DNA of 64,000 nucleotides from Candidatus Fermentibacterota bacterium. GTDB taxonomy: Bacteria; Fermentibacterota; Fermentibacteria; Fermentibacterales; JCC-6. How positions within the stretch are numbered: the stretch's first letter is position 1; each line of letters begins with the position of its first letter. A program made the position numbers and the translations under genes. The notes beneath the pieces were generated by a model. That model did no database searches and was not told the origin of the DNA. It worked only from the letters and a program-made list of their open reading frames with translations. The stretch covers positions 835,232 to 899,231 of the forward strand of contig CAWJQI010000004.1 in assembly GCA_963845085.1 (NCBI GenBank). Direction: 5' to 3'. Positions 33,481 to 43,171 of this stretch are shown piece after piece.

Positions 33481-34686
33481 ATGCACTGCAGTTTTGACGA
33501 AACAGTTGACAGGCGGAACACCAGCTGCCTGAAATGGGACTACCTCGGCGATAAGTTCGGCCGCGACGATTTGATCAGCATGTGGATAGCCGACATGGAT
33601 TTCAGGCTTCCCGACACGATTCTCGATGCGATTCATGACCGCGCCGCTCACGGGGTGTTCGGCTACACCGCAAGGCCCGAGTCGTTCTACAGGGCGGTCG
33701 AAGGCTGGTTTTCCCGGCGGTACGGGCTTGAGATCGAGCGGGACTGGATCGTCGTCACACCCGGCGTCGTTCCCGCTTTCAACTTCGCCCTGCAGGAATT
33801 CACATCACAGGGCGACGGGATCATCATTCAACCCCCCGTGTACTACCCCTTCGAGGAATCCATAAGGGCGAACCGGCGGAACACCGTTGAAAACCCGCTT
33901 GTATTCAGGGGCAGCCGTTACACCGTTGATTTTGACGACCTTGAAAAGAAGGCCGCAGAAGCCCGAATGCTTGTTCTGTGCAGCCCCCACAACCCGGTGG
34001 CCCGGGTATGGAGCGGGAAGGAGCTTCGAGGGGTCATGGATATTGCCAGGAAGCATGACCTCCTGGTATTCTCCGATGAAATCCATGCCGACATCGTCTA
34101 CAAGCCCCACCGACACATCCCCACGCTTTCGCTCGGGGGGGATGCCTCTGGGCGCACCATCGCTGCATACGCCACCAGCAAGTCCTTCAACCTTGCGGGC
34201 CTTCAGGTATCGATCATCATTATCCCCGACCCCGTGCTTCGAGCGCGCTACCGGAATTTCATCCAGAGGCTTCATCTTGACAGCTCGAACATCTTCGGCA
34301 TCGTGGCCACCCAAACCGCCTACGAACAGGGCGGTGAATGGCTCGACCAGCTCCTTCAGTACCTTTGGGGAAACTTCATTTTCGTGAGGGATTACGCGGA
34401 AGCCTTTCTTCCGGGCATAAGACCCATGGAGCCCGAAGGCACCTTCCTTCTCTGGCTTGACTGCAGGAACACCGGCCTGGATGATGAAGGACTGAAGGAT
34501 TTCTTCATCCAGAAAGCCAGGGTCTGCATGAACAACGGAGCCATGTTCGGAACGGGCGGTCACGGTTTCATGCGCATGAACATCGCAACACCGCGCAGCA
34601 ATCTCAAGGCAGCCCTCGACTGCATTCGCGATGCATTCGACCGCCGGGCCGCCGAAATGCTTCACGGGAAGGCCGTCAATTCCTGA
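33481..34686 (+). CDS. MalY/PatB PLP-dependent C-S lyase
   Basis: KWD, MWIADMDF, CSPHNP, SDEIHAD, SKSFNLAGL. Confidence 0.93.
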   Translation: MHCSFDETVDRRNTSCLKWDYLGDKFGRDDLISMWIADMDFRLPDTILDAIHDRAAHGVFGYTARPESFYRAVEGWFSRRYGLEIERDWIVVTPGVVPAFNFALQEFTSQGDGIIIQPPVYYPFEESIRANRRNTVENPLVFRGSRYTVDFDDLEKKAAEARMLVLCSPHNPVARVWSGKELRGVMDIARKHDLLVFSDEIHADIVYKPHRHIPTLSLGGDASGRTIAAYATSKSFNLAGLQVSIIIIPDPVLRARYRNFIQRLHLDSSNIFGIVATQTAYEQGGEWLDQLLQYLWGNFIFVRDYAEAFLPGIRPMEPEGTFLLWLDCRNTGLDDEGLKDFFIQKARVCMNNGAMFGTGGHGFMRMNIATPRSNLKAALDCIRDAFDRRAAEMLHGKAVNS

Positions 34687-34778
34687 GTGTCGGTGGAACT
34701 GCCTGGCTCTTGTCTTTACGATCAACGTCGGGATCGTTAAAGTACCAGTGAACCGGTAGTTTCACGCCATCGAAGGGG

Positions 34779-35333
34779 ATGGTCATGGATAGCGAGGTGC
34801 GCGTCTGCCTGGAATGCGGCAGAGACATCGGACCCGGGATGAACTTCTGTCCGGGCTGCGGGCGCCGTTCCAGCGCTGAGGGAACAGCCCGTACGGAGAA
34901 GGGGAGCAGTGTCGAGATACCCGGAAGGATACAAAGCCAGGTCCATGAGCTTCTCACCCGGAAGATGTACATCGAAGCAATAAGGCTTCTTCGGGAAGAC
35001 ACCGGGATGTCGCTGAAGGAAGCAAAGGTAGCCGTCGACGCCTATGCGGCGGAGAACAGCATTGACACGGGCGTTGGGCGAACGTCCGCCTGGAGTTGTC
35101 TGTTGCCCGTGCTCGGCTTTTTCCTTTGGATGGCATTTATCGGCGTGTTGCCGTTTGTCGCCCGGCGATTCGCGCCTGTTGTCTTCGGCCCCGGGATCTC
35201 GGAGGACTCCGTCGAGGCATGCATGGCGCTTCTGCCGATCCTGATGACGCTTGTTTCCCTGGCCCTGCTGTTCTTCTTCCTGTTGCGCAAAAAACGGCGA
35301 AGGAACGAGGGAATGGGCGGGGTTGATATCTGA
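34779..35333 (+). CDS. Zinc-ribbon plus L7/L12-CTD-like membrane protein
   Basis: CLEC..FCPGCG; IEAIRLLREDTGMSLKEAKVAVD; two TM segments. Confidence 0.7.
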   Translation: MVMDSEVRVCLECGRDIGPGMNFCPGCGRRSSAEGTARTEKGSSVEIPGRIQSQVHELLTRKMYIEAIRLLREDTGMSLKEAKVAVDAYAAENSIDTGVGRTSAWSCLLPVLGFFLWMAFIGVLPFVARRFAPVVFGPGISEDSVEACMALLPILMTLVSLALLFFFLLRKKRRRNEGMGGVDI

Positions 35334-35350
35334 CGGAGCTTTGATCCGGC

Positions 35351-36683
35351 TCATCCCAGTGTCGGGACCGAATCGGCGGCATCCTTCGAGTAGCTGGGGT
35401 TTTTCTCCCCCTTAACATTCCCTTCGCGAAGCAATACAAGGGCGGTCGTGCCTGAGACAGCAAGCGCCCAGAAGAAGGTAAGCCCGTACCTGGTCGTTGC
35501 CAGCGGTCCGTATATGAGCGCTGAAAACGTGAACCATCCCATGAACAGCATGAGCAGCGGAGCCATGAGCCTTCTTATCCTGCGGATCAGAAGGCCTGCA
35601 CAGGTTCCGGCCAGCAGTACGAGGTAAATGAGGGCAAGAATCACCTTCCATGACAGAAGGGGCAGGCCGGATTCATCCATCCTCATGCTTCTTAGGATCT
35701 TGTGGGCATACCCGACCGAGAAGAATTTCGGCCAGCTCGTGAAATGGGGAACCAGTACCCTGACGGGTTCAGCCCTCAGTATCTCGCGGGTCCTCGCACG
35801 GTAGATACTGTCGCGAATTCCGGGATGCACCCTGCCGTCGACCATGGCAAGCGAGTCCAGAGGGGCTGTGAACCTTCCGCTCCATACCGTCTGCTGGTCT
35901 GTCAGACCGGCAAGTATTGCGGCCCTGCCGAGGGGTTCGAAGGCATCCTGCGTGGAGTAGGCATCCAGCCCGAAAGCCGACCTGTTGTGGGCCCTCCAGC
36001 TGAGGGGGAGAATGAGAAATACCGCCGTCATGAGGGCCAGAGCCGTCAGTCTTGCGAGCGGTCGGGCCGCCCTGTCAAGGAATAGAAGGCCCGCGTACAC
36101 GACCGGGGAGTACAGAAGGACTTGTTTTGTGACGGCGCCTATGGAAAGGACGAAGCCGATGACCCCGTACAACGCGATGTAGGCAGGAATGGTGTTTTTG
36201 CGAAGGGTCAGCATCCAGATGTACCCGGAGAAGCAGACAGCGAGAAGCGCGAGTGTGTCGGGCATTATCCGGGTGGAATGCAGGATGTGCTGGGGAAGGA
36301 GCATCGCGACGGAAGCAGCCGGCAGGGCTGCCCTCCGGGAACAGCCTGCCGCGATGAAGTAGCAGAGAATTCCGATGGCCAGCCCCATCAGCTGCTGCAG
36401 CATGACTGTGAGCAGCCAGGGGCTTTCCTCGCTCCAGGTGGCTGCTAATGAATACGGGGTAGAGAGGCATCCGAACCTCCGCCTCCTCCTGTCTTCCGTC
36501 AAGCAGGTCCTCGGCGTAGTGAACGTACTGGTGGGAGTCGTCGTCCATGGGCCATGACCGGTACCCGGGCGTCATGTACGGCAGCCCCCAGACCACCACG
36601 AACAGGATCCTGAACACCATGAAGAGGAGAAGGAGGAGCAGATGAGAACCCGGCATGAATCGGGGCGCACCGGCGGATTTCAT
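35351..36683 (-). CDS. ArnT/PMT (GT-C)-like membrane glycosyltransferase; frameshift at about 36445
   Basis: DDDSHQY..RMPLYPVF in one frame continues as LQQLMG..IMPDT in ORF 35351-36502; multiple TM segments. Confidence 0.65.
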
Positions 36684-36739
36684 GGATATGCCTTCCACAC
36701 CATGTATCCCGTGCGCTTCCGGGGTGCTCATGGAATGTG

Positions 36740-37441
36740 TCAAAGAGTCCATCCGACCATCCGGTATGTCAGGTCCGGTCCCTCGAACCCGACGGACAGG
36801 CATTGGATTGCTGCGGCGAAAACTGTGTCGTCAAGACACCATACGTCCTCGATACCGTATCCGAACACCCAGTTCTCCAGACAGGCTGCCCGGCCGATGC
36901 CTCCTACCACCCGCGTTTCTCCGGAGCTGTTGTCTGTCAGCTCGACGGAGAGAGTCACGGGCGGAAAACCCCAGATGTCCTCCATCTCAGTCCCGGGAAT
37001 CTCTTCGGTTCTAAGCCCCAGTGTGAAATCTCCGATGTAATAGTAAGGCGAAAAATAGGTTGTGCAGAATGTCACGGAATCACCCATCGGAGTCATGTCG
37101 GTCGGTGGGTGGTGAACAAGCCTGCCGCCCTCAACCCAGCCTTCACTCGACAGCTCCCCGAGCAGCCCGACCGCCTGACTCATGCTGAGCTCCCTCGCAT
37201 CATCCCCACCGCAGAACTCGTCTTCCAGTACCACCGCAAATTCCCCGGCAATTGAGCTGTCGTGCGTGGACTGGATGCTCAGGGTGCTCCAGGGAAAGCC
37301 GCTTCCGTCATAGATCCCGTACTGCTCCCAGGCGAAGTATGCGCCGTCCGCAGAGAATCCGATGAAACGCAGTGAGGCAGCGGCCGCACCAAATGCTGAA
37401 CCGGTCATCGAAACAAGAAACAACATGATGCAGGGCCGCAT
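36740..37441 (-). CDS. DUF2259-like secreted protein
   Basis: Signal peptide followed by IGFSADGAYFAWEQYGIYDGSGFP. Confidence 0.75.
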   Translation of the reverse strand: MRPCIMLFLVSMTGSAFGAAAASLRFIGFSADGAYFAWEQYGIYDGSGFPWSTLSIQSTHDSSIAGEFAVVLEDEFCGGDDARELSMSQAVGLLGELSSEGWVEGGRLVHHPPTDMTPMGDSVTFCTTYFSPYYYIGDFTLGLRTEEIPGTEMEDIWGFPPVTLSVELTDNSSGETRVVGGIGRAACLENWVFGYGIEDVWCLDDTVFAAAIQCLSVGFEGPDLTYRMVGWTL

Positions 37442-37722
37442 GAAGTCCTCCCTGGAACGATGTACACTTGTCTGGCTCCAGTCGGCCGGCGCACCCGCCT
37501 TTCCGGCCGCCACCGTCAGACAGAAATCAACCTTACGCCCTGGTCCCCTTGAAGTCAACGAGCCGGAACGATGACAGGGATGCCATTGACACCGCTGGAA
37601 CCTTCATCTATCTCACCTGCACGGGAGAATATGGACTGACAGCGGTATCAACGGGGGGATGCCGGAATGCAGTACGGTTCAGGCTTGTCGCGCAATGCGG
37701 AACCTTTGACAGGGACAGCGCA

Positions 37723-39198
37723 ATGAACCAGATCCTCCTGTTCAATCTGGCGTTCTGTGCCATCATTTTTCTGCTCAGCATCTGGTGGTGCCTGAAAGCG
37801 GGCAGCAGCGTACCCTTGCTGATAGGGATCGCCTTCCTGCTGTTCGGGGTTTCACATGTTGCCACTGTTCTTGACCTGACAACGGAGTTCAGGGTCCATC
37901 TGATAGTCATCCGAAGCACCGCGTATGTACTTGTGGCAGTGGGGATGCTGCTCACCACTCTCGGGATCGTCAGGCGGAAAAAGGCTGAGGATGAGCTGAA
38001 AAGATCGCATGAAGAGCTCGAGCAGAGGGTGAAGGACAGAACAAGTGAACTGGCCGATGCAAACGAATCCCTGATCAGCGAGATAAACACGAGAAGACTC
38101 GCCGAGGAGGAAGTGCGTCTTTCCGAACGAAGGCTGCTCGACATCATCGATTTTCTGCCTGATCCAACCGTGTCGGTCGACTTGAACGGAGTCGTCATCG
38201 CCTGGAACAGGGCCATGGAGGAGATGACCGGTGTAAGGGCCGCTGACATGCTCGGAAAGGAGAACTGCGAGTACTCCGTCCCCTTTTACGGGGAGAGAAG
38301 GCCGATGCTGCTTGACTTCATCCTGAAACCGGATCCCGACATCGAGAAACTCTATCCCGGAATCATTCAGAGAACTGGAAGATCAATAATCGCCGAAGCT
38401 TCCCAGATTCACCTCCAGGGCAGGGATGTCAGCCTGTGGGCTAAGGCCGGGCCTCTGTTCGACATTCATGGAAACATTACGGGAGCCATTGAAACAATAC
38501 GCGACATCACGGACAGGAAAAAAGCCGAGGAAGCGCTAAGGCAGGCAAACAGAAAACTGAACCTCCTCTCCGACATCACCAGGCACGACATAAACAACCA
38601 GATTCATGCCCTGAAAGCCTACATGAGTCTTTCGACAGAGTCTCTTGAAGATGCTTCACGAATGCGCGAGTACATTGCCAAGGAAGAACAGGCCCTGAAC
38701 TCCATAGAACACCAGATCGGCTTCACGAAGGAGTACCGTGACCTTGGGCTGCACGCCCCGATATGGCAGCAGGTGGCGGCGTGCATCGAAAGTGCGGGGA
38801 ATGCACTCCCGTTGGGCGGTGTTCGTATCGAGCCGCATGTGGCGGGATTGGAGGTCTACGCGGATCCGATGCTGGAGAAGGTGTTCTACAGCCTCATTGA
38901 AAATGCGCTCAGGCACGGAGGGGAAAGGCTTTCGATCTTGTCGATCAACTTCTCGGATACGGAAACAGGGCTTGTTATTACGGTTGAGGATGACGGCATA
39001 GGGGTGCCGCCGGAAAACAAGCCGCTGATTTTCAACAGGGGTTTTGGCCACCGGACCGGCTTTGGTCTCTTCCTCTCCAGGGAGATACTGTCCATAACCG
39101 GCATCACCATTGCTGAAACTGGCAGGCCTCCATCAGGGGCCAGATTCGAGATATCCGTGCCAGGTGATGCCTGGAGATGGCATAAAAGCGGTCCGTGA
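37723..39198 (+). CDS. Membrane PAS-domain sensor histidine kinase (Methanomicrobiales-like)
   Basis: Three TM segments, PAS/PAC, ITRHDINNQ H-box, ENALRHG, EDDGIG, TGFGLF. Confidence 0.9.
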   Translation: MNQILLFNLAFCAIIFLLSIWWCLKAGSSVPLLIGIAFLLFGVSHVATVLDLTTEFRVHLIVIRSTAYVLVAVGMLLTTLGIVRRKKAEDELKRSHEELEQRVKDRTSELADANESLISEINTRRLAEEEVRLSERRLLDIIDFLPDPTVSVDLNGVVIAWNRAMEEMTGVRAADMLGKENCEYSVPFYGERRPMLLDFILKPDPDIEKLYPGIIQRTGRSIIAEASQIHLQGRDVSLWAKAGPLFDIHGNITGAIETIRDITDRKKAEEALRQANRKLNLLSDITRHDINNQIHALKAYMSLSTESLEDASRMREYIAKEEQALNSIEHQIGFTKEYRDLGLHAPIWQQVAACIESAGNALPLGGVRIEPHVAGLEVYADPMLEKVFYSLIENALRHGGERLSILSINFSDTETGLVITVEDDGIGVPPENKPLIFNRGFGHRTGFGLFLSREILSITGITIAETGRPPSGARFEISVPGDAWRWHKSGP

Positions 39199-39451
39199 AA
39201 CCACCCTGACCTGATTTCACCAAAGGCCACACATATGGATGGTGAGTGCGCCTGCGTTTTCGTTCCGATGATGGGATACGATGAACATGGCCGTTTCGTG
39301 AAGCAAAAGCCGCGATGACCCGACGGCAAAGCGCATGGAGTAAAGAGCCGCATTTTGACATCCTGCGAAGCCAGGCTTAGTTTTGGTCAGCGAACTCTCA
39401 CAGACCAAAATGGAAGCAGTTCCTTCCTCTTTCCGGCCCGGGAGGCGTTGA

Positions 39452-39817
39452 ATGAGAATCGGAGCAGTTCTTGCGGGTCTCGCATTATTCACTATTTCGC
39501 CTGGTATTGCGCAGGATGACGGGGAGTACTACTCCGGAGAACAGGAAATCCTGGATCAGATCGAGGCAGAGGATGACTCGCTGTCGGGCGGTGATGAAGA
39601 GGAGTATTACATTTACGTCACTCCCCTGACGACAGAGGATGTCACCGACGACTACTGGGATTCGCTTGAAACCGATACCGAAACGATGCGGGATGAGGGA
39701 GAACAAGGCTTCGACACCCCCGGAGCCTTAGAAATCCTTCAGGAAGACTTTGACGCTCTTCCTGTTGAAGTTCCTGTTGTTCCGGAACCCACCCCGGTTG
39801 ATGAGGAAGAGGAGTAG
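39452..39817 (+). CDS. Small, highly acidic secreted protein
   Basis: GGGAGG RBS, signal peptide, D/E-rich. Confidence 0.6.
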   Translation: MRIGAVLAGLALFTISPGIAQDDGEYYSGEQEILDQIEAEDDSLSGGDEEEYYIYVTPLTTEDVTDDYWDSLETDTETMRDEGEQGFDTPGALEILQEDFDALPVEVPVVPEPTPVDEEEE

Positions 39818-40177
39818 GGTCGGCTCCTGCTCGCGGGTGAAACGTGAGCTTTGCGTTTGGCCAACAGTTTAAGCGGCTCTGCAGGAGCTGTAACTTCCAA
39901 AGATTATTAACGGCATTCAGGTTAGGAACAGGGCGACCACCTGCTGTTTTCCGATCGGATTCCCCTGATTCCGCTCTACCACCATTGGGCTTTGGAAAGG
40001 GCACTCAGCCCTGATTCTCCTCCGGGATGATCACGTCCTCGAAGGAGTTCTAGTCCTGTTGATCCGGCTTGTTCTGTTTCAACCAGTATCACATCGATCG
40101 ACTCCAGCATGTCGCTCCAGAGCATCGGACACCCTCCCTTGCCCCTGACGGTCTGCACACTTCGCCTTAACAGCGCG

Positions 40178-40196
40178 ACACATATGTGTATACAAT
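40178..40196 (+). promoter_or_regulatory. Toxin-antitoxin promoter/operator
   Basis: Perfect palindrome ACACATATGTGT (40178-40189) next to TACAAT (40191-40196). Confidence 0.55.
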
Positions 40197-40216
40197 TGGT
40201 GACGATGGAGGTACAA

Positions 40217-40504
40217 ATGAGATTCATAAGCGTTCGCGACCTGCGGGGAAACTCCGGTGCCATTTGGCGTGACCTTCCCGATGAGGGTGAGATGGTAATC
40301 ACAAGCAACGGACGACCGGTTGCCATGCTTGCAGCGGTGGATGAAACTGACGTTGAGGAATCCATTGCTGCCTTCAGACGGGTAAGGGCGGAACGGGCGA
40401 TAGCCGACCTTCAGAGGGCTTCAATTGCCCAGGGTACGGATTCAATGTCCATGGAAGCCATTGACCAGGAGATAAGTGATTCAAGAAAAGCACGCCCCCG
40501 ATGA
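40217..40504 (+). CDS. Phd/YefM family antitoxin
   Basis: MRFISVRDLR..EMVITSNGRPVA. Confidence 0.85.
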   Translation: MRFISVRDLRGNSGAIWRDLPDEGEMVITSNGRPVAMLAAVDETDVEESIAAFRRVRAERAIADLQRASIAQGTDSMSMEAIDQEISDSRKARPR

Positions 40505-40911
40505 TGAGGATTGTCTTTGAAACCAATGTACTGGTGTCAGGGTTGCTGACCCCCTTTGGCATGTGTGCCGATCTGGTAAGGCTGTTTACAACCGATGAGG
40601 TAATCCTCTGTGTCGATTCCCGTATCCTGCTGGAGTATGAGGAAGTGCTGGGAAGAGAGCGCTTCCGTCTTGATCAAAAACTGGTATCGGTTCTTATGGA
40701 GTACATCAGAAGAACGGCGGAGCTTCACTCATGCATGCCTCTGAGCGAACCACTCCCCGATCCGGAAGACTGCTGCTTCCTCGAGGTGGCCATCGCCGCT
40801 CATGCCGATTGCCTGGTCACAGGAAACACGCGACATTTCCCCTCCGGTCTCCGATACGGAGTCAGGGTGCAAACCCCGTCAGAGTCTCTTGCAATGCTGA
40901 AAGAGCGTTGA
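40501..40911 (+). CDS. PIN-domain toxin (PIN_3 type)
   Basis: RIVFETNVLVS, EYEEV, PDPED..FLE, LVTGN.RHF; coupled to the antitoxin. Confidence 0.85.
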   Translation: MMRIVFETNVLVSGLLTPFGMCADLVRLFTTDEVILCVDSRILLEYEEVLGRERFRLDQKLVSVLMEYIRRTAELHSCMPLSEPLPDPEDCCFLEVAIAAHADCLVTGNTRHFPSGLRYGVRVQTPSESLAMLKER

Positions 40912-40992
40912 TTCCTGAATTAGAAAACTGCTCAGGAGTGAAACTGTGGCTCAGGCAGGGGGTGCTACCCTGATTTACATTGAGCCGAACAG

Positions 40993-41110
40993 TGGTACCT
41001 GACAGACCTTATCAAACCAGTATTACATTCATTGGCCTCGGGTGGTCTGGTTACTGGGACGGGCCGGTGGTGGTGGCACAAGGGTTGAGAAATCCCCGGA
41101 TGGCGCATCC
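40993..41110 (+). pseudogene. Degenerate relic of the cassette HTH element
   Basis: GYWDGPVVVAQGLR aligns with DHWERRVVTERGLR; downstream DNA is homologous to 44880-45060. Confidence 0.55.
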
Positions 41111-41235
41111 AGCCAGCTAGTCCGACTTATCGTCATGATCCTGAACAAGGTGTCTATTGACGCATTTCATATTCATCTGTATTTGATTCAGTAGTAGTAG
41201 AGCCTGCAGAGATGAGTGTCCCTGAAAGGGTAATT

Positions 41236-42677
41236 GTGAAGACTTTGCTGGCATTGGGTTTTCTAGTGAGCAGTACCCTGACGTTCGCTGAAGCAAATCC
41301 ATCCCTTGCCACCCTACTGACTCCCGACGGAGAGATTTCAGAAGGGCATGATACGGAAGGCACCTGGCATGCCCTGGGAAGTGGTATTGAAGGGATTGTA
41401 CCATCTGTCATTGACATCGCTGTGGGAGGCTCGGGTGTGTACGCAGGAGGTGATTTCACACTGGCTGGTGGCAACCCTGCCAATTACATCGCCCGCTGGG
41501 ACGGCAGTTCCTGGCATACCCTTGGAAGTGGATTGAACTACTTTGTTTATGCCATATCAGTGAGTGGTTCAGATGTTTATGCGGGGGGTACTTTTACTCA
41601 GGCTGGTGGTGTCTCGGCCAACTGTATCGCCCGCTGGGACGGCAGCTCCTGGCATACTCTGGGAAGTGGATTAAACCACTTTGTTTATGCCATCTCAGTG
41701 AGCGGCTCCGATGTGTACGCAGGAGGTGATTTCACCCTGGCTGGTGGCAATCCTGCCAATTACATCGCCCGCTGGGACGGTAGCTCCTGGCATGCCCTGG
41801 GAAGTGGGGTCGGAGGAGGCGCATACCCGTATGTCGTTGCCATTGCGGTGAGTGGCTCCGATGTGTATGTGGGAGGCCGCTTCACCCAGGCTGGCGGTAA
41901 CCCCGCCAACTACATCGCCCGTTGGGACGGCAGTTCCTGGCATGCGCTTGGAAGCGGTTTGAACGACATGGTAACCGCAATCGGAGTGAATGGTTCGGAT
42001 GTTTTTGTCGGGGGTGATTTCACCCAGGCTGGCGGTAACCCCGCCAACTACATCGCCCGTTGGGACGGCAGTGCCTGGCATGCACTTGGAAGTGGATTGA
42101 ACAGCTCTATTCGTCCCATCGCAGTGAGTGGTTCGGATGTGTATGCGGGGGGTACTTTCACCCAGGCTGGTGGCATCCCCGCCAACTGCATCGCCCGTTG
42201 GGACGGCAGTTCCTGGCATGCACTGGGAAGTGGCGTAGGAGGTGGTTCACTCCCATGTGTCATTACCCTCGCCATAAGCGGTTCCGATGTGTTTGCCGGG
42301 GGTGATTTCACCCAGGCTGGTGGCAACCCGCCAACAACATCGCCTGTTGGGTACCGGAGCCAACCGGAATCGAACCACCCATGGCTGAGGTGTTTCCTGG
42401 CGGCAGGTCTTCGCTCCAGGCTTCACCCAATCCCCTGACTGACGGAACGAACCTCTCCTTCCAGATCACTGGGGATTCCCCGCTGACACTTGAGATCTTC
42501 GACATTGCGGGACGCCTTGTGAGAGATCAGGAACTTGGAGCCCTGCTGGCCGGTTCACACACCCATTACTGGGACGGGCGTGACGAAAAAGGTTCCGCTT
42601 TGGCATCGGGTGTGTACTTCGTACGGCTTTCCAGCACGGAGTTCGAAGCTTCCACACGGGTGATTCTGATTAGGTAG
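41236..42677 (+). CDS. Secreted 7-repeat beta-propeller protein with FlgD/T9SS-type C-terminal domain; frameshift at about 42326
   Basis: Signal peptide; 7 repeats of WHxLGSG..VYAGGxFTxAGG..ANxIARWDGSS; one C is missing relative to sister repeats; CTD ASPNP..IFDIAGRLVR..WDGRD..LASGVYFVRL. Confidence 0.85.
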
Positions 42678-42696
42678 AACGGCCCATGAACGAATG

Positions 42697-42720
42697 AAGG
42701 GGAGTCGAAAGGCTCCCTTT
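42697..42720 (+). terminator. Intrinsic terminator (second copy at 44508-44531)
   Basis: GGGAGTC-GAAA-GGCTCCC-TTT. Confidence 0.7.
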
Positions 42721-42742
42721 CTCTGTTTCGCGTTAACTTGGT

Positions 42743-42756
42743 GTATTTGGTACGCC
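42743..42756 (+). repeat. att-like core copy 1
   Basis: GTATTTGGTACGCC, identical to 53714-53727. Confidence 0.85.
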
Positions 42757-42765
42757 AAAGCGCGG

Positions 42766-43101
42766 ATGGCTCAAACCGGATCCGGACCGACTTTCCCCCT
42801 CATAACCTTCCGTCCTGACATCCCCATACCCCGCAGAGGTCCATTACGCAACCCGCTCATCTTCGCTAGGGAACTCGATGATGAACTGCTCCGTGACAAC
42901 CTCACCCGGGTTCAGCTCGGGAAAAGGCACGGCGTCACTTCAGACCGGATCACCCAGTGGCTCTGCCTGATGAAGCTACCGGAGGAGAAGCAAAGAGAAA
43001 TCGAATCCCCGGGGGATACCGAAGGGTGGCGGGAAGAGAAAGCTGAAAAGACAGTATCGCATTCACACCAGAGAATCTGTCACATCTATAGCCAGCGATG
43101 A
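42766..43101 (+). CDS. Cassette HTH mini-protein copy 1 (C-terminus degenerate)
   Basis: RNPLIFARE..LTRVQLG.RHGVTSDRITQWLCLMKLP; diverges after IE. Confidence 0.6.
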   Translation: MAQTGSGPTFPLITFRPDIPIPRRGPLRNPLIFARELDDELLRDNLTRVQLGKRHGVTSDRITQWLCLMKLPEEKQREIESPGDTEGWREEKAEKTVSHSHQRICHIYSQR

Positions 43102-43171
43102 AAACACGATTTGATTCTGCCGTCAGACTCATTCCGGTTTTAGGGTCGTGACTTGACCGAGTAAGTCATAG

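Noticed and set aside
39818..40170. Intergenic stretch as a further cassette boundary or ncRNA
   Set aside because: I found no TGGTACGCC core, HTH remnant or recognisable RNA motif by eye.
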